From assembly GCF_001194135.2 (NCBI RefSeq), contig NC_068981.1, positions 87,473,046 through 87,521,607 on the forward strand: a stretch of DNA of 48,562 bases. Direction: 5' to 3'. Origin of the DNA: Octopus bimaculoides (lineage: Eukaryota). A model generated the notes under the pieces. It was not told the DNA's origin. It made no database searches and worked only from the letters and a program-made list of their open reading frames with translations. Both the position numbers and the translations under genes were made by a program. Every line of letters begins with the position of its first letter. Position 1 is the stretch's first letter. This document shows, one piece after another, positions 11,915 through 24,900 of the stretch.

Positions 11915-12539
11915 TTATGGTCATGTGATCAAAGTTTGAGCCTGATCATGCCATTTTTCTTTCTGGCTTTACATTGTAAGCATGGCTGCTCCACTTGCAA
12001 TGTGCACCAAAGAAGAGCAAAGAGCAGTGATCTGATTTATCTGGAAAAGGGGTATACGATCAACAATACAAGATACAGTGCTTTGCTGGCCAACGAACTG
12101 AAACCAGTGATTTGCATTAAATGCCAAAGTCTATTGTCGAAGAAAGTTTTGTTGTTGCATGACAATGCATGCCCACACACGACTGCCCAGACTGTTGAAA
12201 CCAATTGGGTTTTGAGGTGCTGGAACACCCTACCTACAGCCCAGGTCTCGCCCTTTCTGACTATCATATCTTTGGACAGCTCAAAGATGGTTTACAAGGT
12301 CGTTGATTTCCTACGGATGAAGATGTGAAGGAAGCAGTGCATAAATGATTGCTAAATGGTTGCACAACCAACCAAAAACCTTCTTCTTGAAGGGAATGCA
12401 CAAGCTTGTGGACCGCTGGACCAAGTATATTGAAAAGGAAGGAGACTATATAGAAAAATGATGTTCTTGTTTATCCCTTGCATTTGTCTAAATACATTGA
12501 AAAAACAAAAGTGCATATAATTTTTGACTCTCCTTCATA
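11915..12539 (+). mobile_element. Internally deleted mariner (DD34D-type) remnant retaining only the 3' TIR
   Basis: MAAPLAMCTKEEQRAVI*FIW fused to YLEKG..LLHDNACPH..LEHPTYSPGLALSDYHIFGQLK..WTKYIEKEGDYIEK*; ends TTTTTGACTCTCCTTCA-TA. Confidence 0.9.
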
Positions 12540-13760
12540 TATTTATCATCCTGCAACTCTTGTTCTTCGTTCAGATACCCACCCATTCGCCATCTCTAAC
12601 CATCCTTTACTGTCCCAATGTAGTCTTGTAAATACTACCCACCCAGACTCTGTTCTACTGTCTTACTTATATTCACTTTGTACCTTGAGAGTATACCCTG
12701 ATACTTCATTAACATAATTATTTTATCTCTCTTTCCAGCTCTACCTTGTAACTCTCACTCTCTTTTCTATGTGAATAACCATATAGCAACTCAACAAAAA
12801 ATGATAAGCAAATATAATTTTTAAAATGACAACTCAAATATAATCAAGTTATTGAAAATGAAAATATAAAAAATGCAGTACAGAAGAGGCTCCCCGTTTC
12901 TATGTATTTCAGTGACTCATAGTCTTGTCAAGTAGAATAGCCTCCTTGAAATTTGACTGAAACACGTCCATTGCTTTTGCCTGAAATTTTAAAGACCAGA
13001 ACCATTCCTGTTCTACATTTTCTATATTCTATATTTTCCAAAAATTTTAATGAGTTGACCTGATCGGAGTTATCTCCTTTGTTCGTAGCTTTAACTTAAG
13101 TATCCCAAGAGGGAATCTTTTAATCTTAATTGCGTGGGTAATCTCAGTTATTCGAAGTTTTTCAACTGACTATGTTTCGTATGTGAGACTCATTCCGTAT
13201 TTGTACTTAGTATGCATAACCATATTGCAGAGAGAGAGATGTTTACGTTGTTATGTGGGGTAAAGGAAAATGAAAAATCAGCATCATTTTGCTGAAATGG
13301 AAAAAAAAAGGGTAACAGTTGAATGCCTGCAAGCGAAAGCGTTACGGATAACAAATTATTAAAAGATAAATAATACGAGAAGTGGATCATCATTAACATG
13401 CTTCATTTGAGCTTAAAACAAAAAACGAAAAGTATTTGCAATAAATTTCATGAATCATTTGCACCAATTAAATCAGAATATTTTCGTTTTAAGTGCCTAC
13501 ATGCTAAATCGCAGTGCAAGATTTGGTAAACATATTCATTTATTAACACTGAATGAAAAGTATAAGCACTTTAGTGAAGCTAAAATTTAAAACTATACAT
13601 ATATATAATAAAAATCTAATATTCATTATACAAGATGATATTTGTGGATTTGAAGAATGACACGATACAAAACATGCTAGACTACTAATGAATTTATAGA
13701 TAACCATGCTACAAAACTTTTGAAGTTATCCCTAATAAGATATTTTATATTAGGCATACC

Positions 13761-14115
13761 TATACAAGAGTGCCCCCCACCCGATTTTGTTCCCTCATAA
13801 CTTTCTGAAAAATGGATATTTTTTTTTTATTAGATTTTCTACAAATACCTTTCAGACCGTGTAGATTACAGTTATATCGGAATTTAATGTAAAAAAAAAA
13901 ATTGGTGGGCGAGCACTCATACATACTAACACGCATAACATATCTACAAAATGCAACTTGAAATTTTAAAATAACTATGCGATGCATGTCAATATGTATG
14001 AGTGCAAATCCAACATTTTTTTCCACATTGAATTTCAATGTAATTGTAACCTACACCTGAAAAGTATTTGTCGAAAATTTCATCCCAAAAGATCTATTTT
14101 CCCGAAAGTTACGGG
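13761..14115. mobile_element. Tc1/mariner-like MITE (13761-13925) plus an inverted partial second copy (14040-14115)
   Basis: Imperfect TIRs TATACAAGAGTGCCCCCCACC and its reverse complement near 13900-13925; the internal CATAACTTTCTGAAAAAT...CAAATACCTTTCAG segment recurs in reverse at 14040-14115. Confidence 0.55.
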
Positions 14116-14789
14116 TAAACTAAGTTACTCGTGAATCATAAGAAACTCTTCTATTTCCTTCCTCCAAAGAAAATGCTTACCACAAATACCATTATAATCG
14201 TAATCTACGCAGTGTGAAAGGTATTTGTAAATTACTTGATTAAGAAATATTCATTCTTTCAAAAGCTATGAGGAAACAAAACCGATGAGGCGTAGTTATG
14301 TAGGAATACCTTTAACATTGCTATACAAGTGTGCCCTCCCCTCTCCCCCATTCAAGATGTTGCTCAGTTATTGGTTGAAGTTAACATCAATCATATGCGT
14401 TGTATTTCTTCAAAACAAACATAAATGCTTCGTTTGTTTTTTTCTTTCTGTAAAGAAATAATCACCAAATTATTAAAACCTATCAGGAATAAAGTAATAT
14501 ATCTTTTTCAGCCTTTGATTACCTACTAATAAAATAATAAAATTTTATTTCGAACATAATACGTATGTAGACATACACATTGATACATTCGTATGTATTT
14601 ATATATGTGTTATGGAGAATAATCGTTTCGTAGCTAATTTCATATGATGGTTATCAAAATTCTAATTTGATATATTATTATAATTAATAAATTATTACAA
14701 TTTTATTTTTAGAATTTAATTTTAAATTACTGAAAACATTTTTTTTAATGTATTCATTTATTTGATAATATTAAATCGATCCTTTTTTT

Positions 14790-14799
14790 ATGACGTCAT
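14790..14799. promoter_or_regulatory. Perfect CRE palindrome (ATGACGTCAT) 55-64 bp upstream of the ACL4 ATG
   Basis: TGACGTCA is the consensus CREB/ATF site; lies in a CpG-retaining region next to the start codon. Confidence 0.55.
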
Positions 14800-14853
14800 C
14801 TGTTTTCTCACCATGTGCCCGCAGTGAAATTTATCGACATTTGGAACTAAACG

Positions 14854-14899
14854 ATGGGGAAAAAAAAGGCCCGATCAAATAGCCGTGAATCGGCACCTG
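14854..14899 (+). CDS. ACL4: ACL4 exon 1 (MGKKKARSNSRESAP+G)
   Basis: ATG in the CpG-rich region; G|gtacta donor; phase 1 matches exon 2. Confidence 0.75.
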
Positions 14900-15925
14900 G
14901 TACTATAATTGATTTTTTGTATTATATACATCAAGTTTATTAATTTTACTATACCTTCATTGTATTATGTTTGAAATGCTTTATGAAATTGTATATGTTA
15001 AAATATGTCTACACGTGTATTTTCAACAATTGTCCCTAGATTGCTGTTCTGAAAGTGTATATATGTATATGTTTATATATAACCACACATATATAGTGTT
15101 TGTAAACGTTGTTGTTTAATCGATGTCTTCCCTTATTGCGCTGACCTATGATCAAATATGTTATAGGTGGTGACCATCTCGTCTTTTTATCAGCGTGTAT
15201 CCATATTACACATTCTCCAATGTATCTTTCTCCTTTAAGGGTACAAGGGTATAATTTGAACGTTTAACATGTCGAACGACTAAATAGAGACTCGCTCGTT
15301 TAGGAGTTTTATGTAGATTAATGTCTGTCCAATTTTTCCTATTCACACCAAAAAATGTTCGTTTGCATTACGAGTTTTTTACTAAACAGGTGTAGGTTAT
15401 GTTTCTGCTAAAAACACTGATTACATTTCTATTATGAACTTCATATACATATAGTCTACATGATGCCGTTTATGTGAGGTGTGTATTTTATGATCTTCAT
15501 GTGTCTTAAAGTTATGAACTGTTCTTTCAATAAACATTTGAAAGCTCGGACTTTGCTTCCTTCGGTCTCCACTGCTGTTGCTGGGTAGACTCTGACAATG
15601 TTATTTTTTTTACTGCACGTGTCTATTTCTATGGATTTTGTGTTTTGATGATTTCATTGCAAACGTTGATGTAAAAAAATTGGCGATCACGTTGATGATA
15701 AATATTTCCATTGATAAAATACTGCCATTCTTGATTTAGGTACGTTATCTATATAATTTAAAATGCTAGTACAAAATATACTACACAAATTTACATAGAT
15801 TTCGTTTAGTTTAGTGAAATGTTTTCTTCCAATTTTCAGTTCAGAAGCATAAAATTGTCCCTTTAATCTCTTAATTTTTTAAAGACTTTTTATTCTCAGG
15901 TGATTTAGAATTATTGTTCTGTCAG

Positions 15926-15962
<37 letters not shown>

Positions 15963-18900
15963 NNNNNNNNNNNNNNNNNNNNNNNNNNNNNNNNNNNNNN
16001 NNNNNNNNNNNNNNNNNNNNNNNNNNNNNNNNNNNNNNNNNNNNNNNNNNNNNNNNNNNNNNNNNNNNNNNNNNNNNNNNNNNNNNNNNNNNNNNNNNNN
16101 NNNNNNNNNNNNNNNNNNNNNNNNNNNNNNNNNNNNNNNNNNATATATATATCGAAAAATTATCATATATAAAATTCGAACATCTAACTTTATATAATTT
16201 TCAAATGATTCCTTTAACCAATTTTGGGGCTGGTTTCTGCCTAGTTTATTAAGAAAATGACAATATTCTTTTTTCAGTTTTTTTAAATCACGTGTGCTTT
16301 GGATTTGTTGGTAAATAGTTCAATGTATAAGTCACTTTCGCTGTTGGCACCATTTATTTATGTTAGCAATACGGTATGGTAAATTGGAAATAGGTTGCAA
16401 CACAAATGAAGCAGCGTTTAACATTCTATAAAGAGATATATTTTGTTACATATTTAACAGTGCTAAATCGTTAATACTTGAAATTATTGAGCTAGAATTT
16501 TAAAGCTGTAAAAATCTTTTTTCTGTAAATTGAATGTAAACTGGATAAACGAAAAACAGGTGCTTGGTAAAATTTGAATGTTCTTCACTCAGTTAAACGC
16601 TTGGGCTTCTTATATCAATATTTAAAATAGTTTTTCATTCTAATTCACTTTTTGAGCTTTATTTATAACCTTGACTCTGAACTTAAAATTGTTTTCGTAT
16701 ATATTACACAATCACAATTCGTTTCGGTTCATTTCATTCGTCTGACTCTTGTGCAACTACGTATTTTGGATTCTAATAGACTTGTTGTTATTCGAAACAT
16801 TACTTATTATTGGGATTCATTGTTTTGGTTATGATTACTTTGATAACTGCCTCGTCATGCCATTATTTATTTAATCTATAATTGTTAATCATGATTTCTT
16901 GTTGTTATTAGCAGTAATAGGTAGAACGATTGACAAAATGATGTGAAATTCCATCTAGCTCGACTTGTCTTTCTTCCTTCTGGGGCAGTCAAAATAACTA
17001 CTGCTGTTAATACCTTCATCCATTATTATTGTTGTTATTCCTTACAGTCCAGGTAGCAAAATAGAACATTTTTTAAAATTGGAAATAAAAGCTCTGATTT
17101 TATTCTTGCGTACATTTATGAACACATACACAAATATGTTTGCAGATGCTCCAAAATATGCGTCTTTGTCAAGACGGTTCCAGCCGTGAACATTCCGTCT
17201 TTTAAAAGGGTTCCAATCATGATCCTGTCTTTTTAAAAATATCTCAACCGTGCTCAGCCAGTCGTCTTTTTTTTTTTTCTTTTTTTTTTTTGACTTTCCA
17301 TTCATGACTATCTCGACCATTTTCGAAGCTCGAATCTCACACCCTACTATTTAAAACAAAAAACTCATGGATAATGTAGTTTGGGATATACTGCCTGAAA
17401 ATAAAAAAGATTACAGGTCTGTTGAATCAAAATTAACCCGAGGCTAAACAACAACCAGCGACAGACACGTGTAATTAATTCTATAAGAATGTCTGATGTG
17501 CTGCTTCTTGCCCAACATATAGGAGCTACTTTCCTCGACACTATATAAATTCCGTTAAGTTAATCNNNNNNNNNNNNNNNNNNNNNNNNNNNNNNNNNNN
17601 NNNNNNNNNNNNNNNNNNNNNNNNNNNNNNNNNNNNNNNNNNNNNNNNNNNNNNNNNNNNNNNNNNNNNNNNNNNNNNNNNNNNNNNNNNNNNNNNNNNN
17701 NNNNNNNNNNNNNNNNNNNNNNNNNNNNNNNNNNNNNNNNNNNNNNNNNNNNNNNNNNNNNNNNNGATTTTCATTTTTGACATTGTGTTCTACATGTTCA
17801 GGTCGTACGAATAGCCTTCTCGCAACTTAGATGTGAAAATGAACGGCTTACATTTATATTGAAACAGAAAAAGGATCATATGTGGAGTCCCCACCATGAA
17901 ACTTGATATGCTAGAGATAACAGCTAAACGCGGACAATCCAAATCTTGCATTGGTCCAGATGGACTATATGTAAATAAATATGAAGGAAAAAATGCGCTT
18001 TGGCAAACGGGGTTAGGTTTTGAGTTAGGGTTAGGGTAAACCTAACCCTAACCCTAACGCATTCACTTGTCTCCTGTACTGTATTTCCACTATCTCACCA
18101 GATCTACTTTTCATCATATTTCTGATTCCATTAACATTACCAATATAATGGGTGTTTACTGTGATTTATTTATTCACTGTCATTGGCAGGATGCTGACAT
18201 AGGAAAGGAAGTAGTATCTGGTACACTAAGCATATGATCTATGATAAGAGGATACAAAGTTATAGATTGGAGATGGGTTGAGGCTTTTTACATATCGGCA
18301 GGGGAAAAGAAAGATTTTCAGTATAGTCAGTGAGGACGAGAATGGTTGGGTGTATTGTAAGTGAACTACAAACTTTCGTATGAGGTAAAATATATATGTA
18401 TGTATGTGTTATTAAAAAGAACATAGATATATTGAGGCGGTAAAAATAAAGGGCAGCTTTAACACATGAATGAAGTAGGGAGTGGATGGATGTGACAATT
18501 ACAAGTTAGAAAGAGTATGTTCTGCAGTATTTGTTCAGGCTCTTAATGTTCTGAGTTCAAATCCTAAATCTTGTGCCTTTGTTAAAAATAAAAATTATTG
18601 TTCCTTTTGTCTTTCCTGTTTCATATCTTACAGAGCTGGGTCAAAATTATAGGCCTGACGTGCTATGTAGAAGATGTCACTTGCTAGTCAATACTCTCCT
18701 TATGGGTTATTTCCAGTAGGGAAATTTTCTTGACTTTCTTACATTGTCTGGGACATCATTGATGAACTTTTCCATTCCTTTCTTTATGAGTTCAAGAGCT
18801 TTGATGACTATTGACATTCTTCTTTTGGTTTCCATACTCCACTTTCTGTTGATATCAATCTCCAGGTCATTGTAGTGGTAATTATTATTAACAGTTGAAG

Positions 18901-21900
18901 GTGGCAAGCTGGCTGAATCATTGCCATGCCAGTCAAAATGCTTAGCAGCATTTCTTCTAGCTATATGTTCTGAGTTCAAATTCTGCTGTGGTCAACTTTG
19001 CCTTGGCCTTGTGTCAAAATTTAAAACTGTTATTATTAACCACTGAATTGTTTTGACAATTCAGTTAATACCAAAATGCGTTACGACATGATGATATGTT
19101 TTGAATTCAGATGCTGCCAGGTTCAACTTTGTCTTTTATCTCTCTAGTGATTGATGTCTTTTTAAATTGTAATTAGATTACATCCTGAAAGCCTGATGAA
19201 TATATAAAAGAATTCTGCTTGTTACCTACCCCTATGCCAAGTTTCAGCAAAATTGAAGAGGTGATGGTAGTGTTATTTTCCAACTGTTATGGGGAATTTG
19301 TCGTAAAATTAGTCTATATTTCATTCATTGAAACACTGCAATAATAGAGGACTTTGTTTAGGGAAAATGACTCCATCCTTCTGTCTTATTCATTTTCAGG
19401 TATCATTTTTATTTGCAGCATAAAATACTTTGTCCATCACTTTTATTGTCCGGGGAGGGGAAGGGGGCATTTTTTTCTCTCATACTTTTATATATCTGAT
19501 TATTGTTTTAATTTCATTTATTATTTATTTTAGTTAGAAATGTTGTGCTATGCTCGCATGATACATTGTTATACACTATCTTAAAGAGACTAGGTATAGC
19601 AAGATGGTAGAGGGCAGTGAATTTGCATGAATGGTGTTGGTAGTGGAGGAGGTGGTAGCAGCAGTAGTAGTAGTAATAGTAGTAGCAGCAGATAACAGCT
19701 AGATGCCATACAATGCATAATAGCATCCATTCATATCAAGTCCTGTCAGTGTGCTTTCATTGCCTGGTCAATTCATTCAAATATATACCTCCCCCTATGA
19801 AAGAAATTAACTTTGTCTATAAAAGTCAGAATTACTTGCAACATTTTTTTTAATAAATGAACTACTTTGTTTTTAATGATTCTTGTTTTAATTCACTATT
19901 TTTTATTTATTTTCTAGTGGGGAATACTTTGCCATTTGGACAAGCTGGAACTGTTGCAGTTGGATCGAAAGAAAAAAGTAAATGTGATGTGGAACAACTT
20001 CTGTCTCAGGTATTCTATTGTTATATCAAACTTGGAAATTGGATGTTTTGACCTTTAGCATTCAGATTACTGGAATGCAGAAAAATTCATTCCTTATAAA
20101 AATACCCTTTGTATTATCTTTTTATTAAATNNNNNNNNNNNNNNNNNNNNNNNNNNNNNNNNNNNNNNNNNNNNNNNNNNNNNNNNNNNNNNNNNNNNNN
20201 NNNNNNNNNNNNNNNNNNNNNNNNNNNNNNNNNNNNNNNNNNNNNNNNNNNNNNNNNNNNNNNGCAATGGCCCAGTGGTTAGGGCAGCGGACTCGCAGTC
20301 ATAGGATCGCGGTTTCGATTCCCAGACCGGGCGTTGTGAGTGTTTATTGAGCGAAAACACCTAAAGCTCCACAAGGCTCCGACAGGAGATGGTGGCGAAC
20401 CCTGCTATACTCTTTCACCACAACTTTCTCTCACTCTTACTTCCTGTTTCTGTTGTGCCTGTAATTCAAAGGGTCAGCCTTGTCACACTGTGTCACGCTG
20501 AATATCCCCCGAGAACTACATTAAGGGTACACGTGTCTGTGGAGTGCTCAGCCACTTGCACGTTAATTTCACGAACAGGCAGTTCCATTGATCAGATCAA
20601 CTGGAACCCGCGACGGAGGGCCAACAACATATTAGCGGCAGTATTAATATCAAGAGGTAATATTTATTCCCACTTAAATGTTTATACTACTCTAACAGAA
20701 CTTCCATGTTTAAGTGGGGGATAAATATTACCTCATTGACTTCAAAAATGTTAGTATGTAGATTTTTCTCCCAGTCACTTCATAATTTCACTAATAAATG
20801 AAATTATCATTTTAGTAATTGGGTTCAGTCCCATTGCATTACATGGCATGGGCAAGTATCTTCTACGATAGCCCTAGGCCAACCAAAGCCTTCTAAGTGG
20901 AAATGCTAAAGGGTTAATATTTGTAAAGCATATGGCATGATATAAAATTTCAATACTATATAATTTTCAAAAACCAAATCAGGTAGGTGAAAAATTTATC
21001 CTAATCTGAAAATATTACTTCTGTTATGTTATAATGATTATCTTGAGAGCTACATGAAATTATAAAAACCTGGTCTATATGCTTGAACTGTCTAGGTTGA
21101 TGTATTGTGTTTCTGAATCAAATCACAATAACGTTAACCTCTTTGCTCCCATCCTGCCAGAGATCACCCATGGCTCTACGGTACAAACCTCCTGTTCTAA
21201 AGTGATGTAAATTAAAACCTTCCATCAAAATTTCCTGTTACTCTACATTCCAAACACCAGCTTAATAAATGATAAGGCTATTTTCCTAAATGCTTCATTA
21301 TTTTCCAAATCAATTGAAACAAAGTGTATTTCAACAGAAATATGGTAATGGAAGGGTTAAATTCATTTCATATTTCTGAGTTGATTGCTTCTGAATTCTC
21401 AGTATAAACCCCACCAGGTTTGACTTTGCCTTTAATTCGTTTGGTGTTTTTTTGTTTGTTATAATAGCAAGATAGAGAAGTATATTCAATTGATTATATC
21501 AATTCATCTTAACCCTTTTTGTTACCATATTTCTGTTGAAATGCACTGCCTTTCTTTCAATTAATTTGTTAAAATAATGTAAAATTTAATACAATAACTT
21601 CGTCCATATTAACATGGTGTGGGGAATATAAATTATTTTGAAAGTTTACTTGAAGATTTTAATTCAAATCACTTTTAAACAAGAAATTTTACATACACTT
21701 GTTTTGGAAATTGTTTAATTTAGAAAAAAACAACACCTTCTGTAATGTAAAGTATAACAACAAAATAACAGTATGAAAAACATAAAAAATAAAGCCCTTA
21801 TTATATAAAGTATTCATACAGAACAATAAGTGGATTAATGTCAAAACTGATTCAAACTGGATATAAAATATCTTTCCTAAATTAATTCTGTGATCATTGT

Positions 21901-24900
21901 CTTCATAAATTGTAGGCTGAAAAATGCATTGACCAGTTCCAGTTTGAGCTTGCTCACAAATTCTGTTTACGAGCTATAGAAAGAGAGCCAGATAATCTAA
22001 AAGCACTTGAAACAGCAGGCCATGTCTTAATGGAATTGAAGCAACATGACGCAGGCAAACAGGTAAGTAATAAATTGAACTTAACATGTCAAAGTAAAGA
22101 ATAATGTTCATAGCAGCATTACCCTGCATTTGTAATACCCAATCATTTCATCAGTGCTTTTGCTTTCAATCTTTTCTCAGGTTTTATACTAAACACCCAT
22201 CTGTTGTTGCCATCATCTTCATCTTCTCATCTTCACCATCATCATTATTATATAACATCCATGTTGCATGGTTTGGTTGGTTTGACAGGCTCCAATGAGT
22301 CCAAGGACTGCATCATGCTCTGTTGTCTCCTTTAGCATGGCTTTTACAGATGAATACCTACCCTTCCTAACACTGAACTTTACACTTTCATTTCCCACCA
22401 ATTTTTTTATTGCTGTACTCAAGAAGACTCCTCTACCACAACAGAATTCATACTAATGTTGGTGCCACATTAAAAGCACTCAGTATATTCTGTGGAGTGG
22501 TTGGTGTTAGGAAGGACATCCAGCTATAGAAACTATGCCAGGACAGACAATGGAGCTTGGTGTGGCACTTGGCCTTACTATCTCTGGTCAAACTGTCCAA
22601 CCTATGCCAGCATGGAAAAAGGGCATTAAATGATGTCGATGAGGAGGAGTTCTATCAACATCAAATTTTCTAGGCCCCCTAGCTTACCTTTGTAACTATT
22701 GACAGTGGTAAAAAACAAATCAGTGTAAATACCCAAGTTATTTGATTATTTCATTGAAATATTAGAAGTACCCTTACTTCATGTAAAGGCTTCTAAAACT
22801 TCTTTCACTGGTCATTCAGTTGAATCAGCTTAAAACAGTCTCATTTACATTTCAGTTGTTTTTATTATTTTTCAATTTAAGTTTATAGAATCCATTATAA
22901 ATAACCAATAAATTTATGATTCTATAAACTTAAATGCAATAAGTGAGACTTGATAACTAAATTTATATTTCAACTTTTACAATGTTAAAAAAATTATTAA
23001 CAAAGTACTTTATTCAGCACAAGATTTTTTTTCCTTTTTAATGTTATTAATTATATTTTTTCCTTTTTCTTTTTTTACAGTTTTTCCTTAAAGCTGTTGA
23101 GTTTCAACCCGATCTTGGTCATGCAAAGTACATGTATCTTGGACAGACAGAGCAAGGAGAGTCTTCTGTCCGGTATTTCCTCAAAGGAATTGAAGTTATG
23201 CTTAAAGAAAAAGAATTAAATAATGAGGTACGAATTTTTAGTTTCTTTTGTTTATTACCAAAGAGAAGATCCTCATAGCATAAACATTTTGAAAATGAGG
23301 AAAAAGTTAGGTTATCCAGGTATTATTTACAAAATGCTTTTTAATATAACTACTTGGGGTTTTATATATATATATATTGTGTGTGTGTGTGTATGTATGT
23401 GCATGTGTGTATATGCGTTTTTGTATGTATATATATGTGTGTGTAGCACGACCTCCGAACATTAGGCCTCAATGAGGCAATGACTTCTGACCGAGACCTT
23501 TGGAAATATGCTGTGCGTGAGAAGACCTGGCAAGCTACATGAGACCAAAATCCAAGACCTCTGCCAGGGATGTAGCTAGCCCACTTATGCGTACCTTTCC
23601 TTCATTGGACACTAAACTCGGCTTGCGAAGACCTGTTGGGGCAAGCGAAAGCAAAATCGTGAGGGCACCACCGTTCGAGTGTGATCGTTACCAGTGTCGC
23701 CTTCCTGGCACTTCCTGGCACACGTAAAAAGTCATTTGAGCGGGACCGTTGCCAGTGCTACTGGACTGGCTCCTGTGCAGGTGGCACGTAAAATACACCA
23801 CTTTGAGCGTGGCCATTGCCAGTACCGCCTGACTGGCCTTCGTGCCGGCTGCACGTAAAAGCACCCACTACACTCTCGGAGTGGTTGGCGTTAGGAAGGG
23901 CATCCAGCTGTAGAAACACTGCCAAATCAGATTGGAGCCTGGTGTAGCCATCTGATTCACCAGTCCTCAGTCAAATCATCCAACCCTTGCTAACATGGAA
24001 AGCAGATGTTAAACGATGATGATGATATATATATGTATGCCCAATGTTCTATTATAGTGTCACATTTTAAATATTCTGGTGCAGTTCTTGGACTTGCCAG
24101 CCCCTATCAAACGGTCGAACTCATGCCAGCATGGAAGATAGACTTTAAATGATGATGATCTTTCTCTTTTGCTTATCGTACATATTTTTCAAACATGTAC
24201 TGTATCTTGTCCACAGCTTTCTAAGGCAGCTGAGGGTTCTACAACACCTGCTGAAGTAGAATATTATGCATCAGAACGAGACATCTCATCAGCTTATTGT
24301 GCCATTGCAGAGATTTACATGACAGACTTATGGTAAGTGTAATTACTTTTCAAATATCTCTATCCTTTTAGCATTCAAACTGGGGATCTTTTCTGTTTGG
24401 CTGCCATTTTTCAGTTTCTTCAAGTTTTGTTCCAATTGATTTTGTATTTGATGTATTGAAGTAGTTTTGACTGGAAATTCGCTTTCGCCATAAATCAATA
24501 AATAAAGAGTTAATAGCTTTTAAAGTTTGCAAATTTTGGGGAATTTAACCAACTGAAAGCCACAAACATATAGATACCTGTTTCCATAGTAACAAGCCAA
24601 GCTGTTACAGGGCTGCTTACCCTTGCGGTTATTTTTTGCTTGTTAAATACTTAAAGCACAGGTGGTTGTGAGATATGCTAAGAAATAATAGCTAAATAGG
24701 CCTTAAATCACACCAAAATTTTGGGTGGCAGGGTTGCATAATTGTATGAATTCCCATGTGTAGAATATAAATTTGCAAAAATTTTCTGAAAATTCCAAAA
24801 AAAATTTTTAATTACAAGGGGTTACATGGCATGCACAAAGCAGAATTCTGCCAATATTTCATTTGTTTACAGTTGACAACATGTGCTGTCACACACAAAA

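Noticed and set aside
12900-14270. Series of candidate minus-strand exons suggesting a divergent lncRNA or snoRNA host
   Set aside because: The candidate exons do not join into an open frame, one acceptor lies inside a MITE, and no C/D box pair was found in the introns.
17042-17320. Minus-strand 92-aa ORF starting MNGKSKKKKKKKK, with a gtaag donor, on a gap-bounded contig; considered as an inverted ACL4 exon 1
   Set aside because: The poly-Lys comes from a T-tract and there is no recognisable homology. A phase-compatible exon 1 exists at 14854-14899.
19452-19468. G-rich tract as a possible G-quadruplex (also G12 at 8659-8670)
   Set aside because: Only three G-runs, or a plain homopolymer, with no supporting context.
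20263-20335. tRNA-like sequence (also at 92, 2640-2717, 27493 and 29560-29640)
   Set aside because: These are SINE heads: they run into repeat bodies and lack a proper acceptor stem.
23670-23880. Spaced repeats of about 60 bp (also 26280-26480), superficially CRISPR-like
   Set aside because: Eukaryotic context; the units are degenerate tandem repeats in an RTE 3' UTR with no unique spacers and no cas genes.
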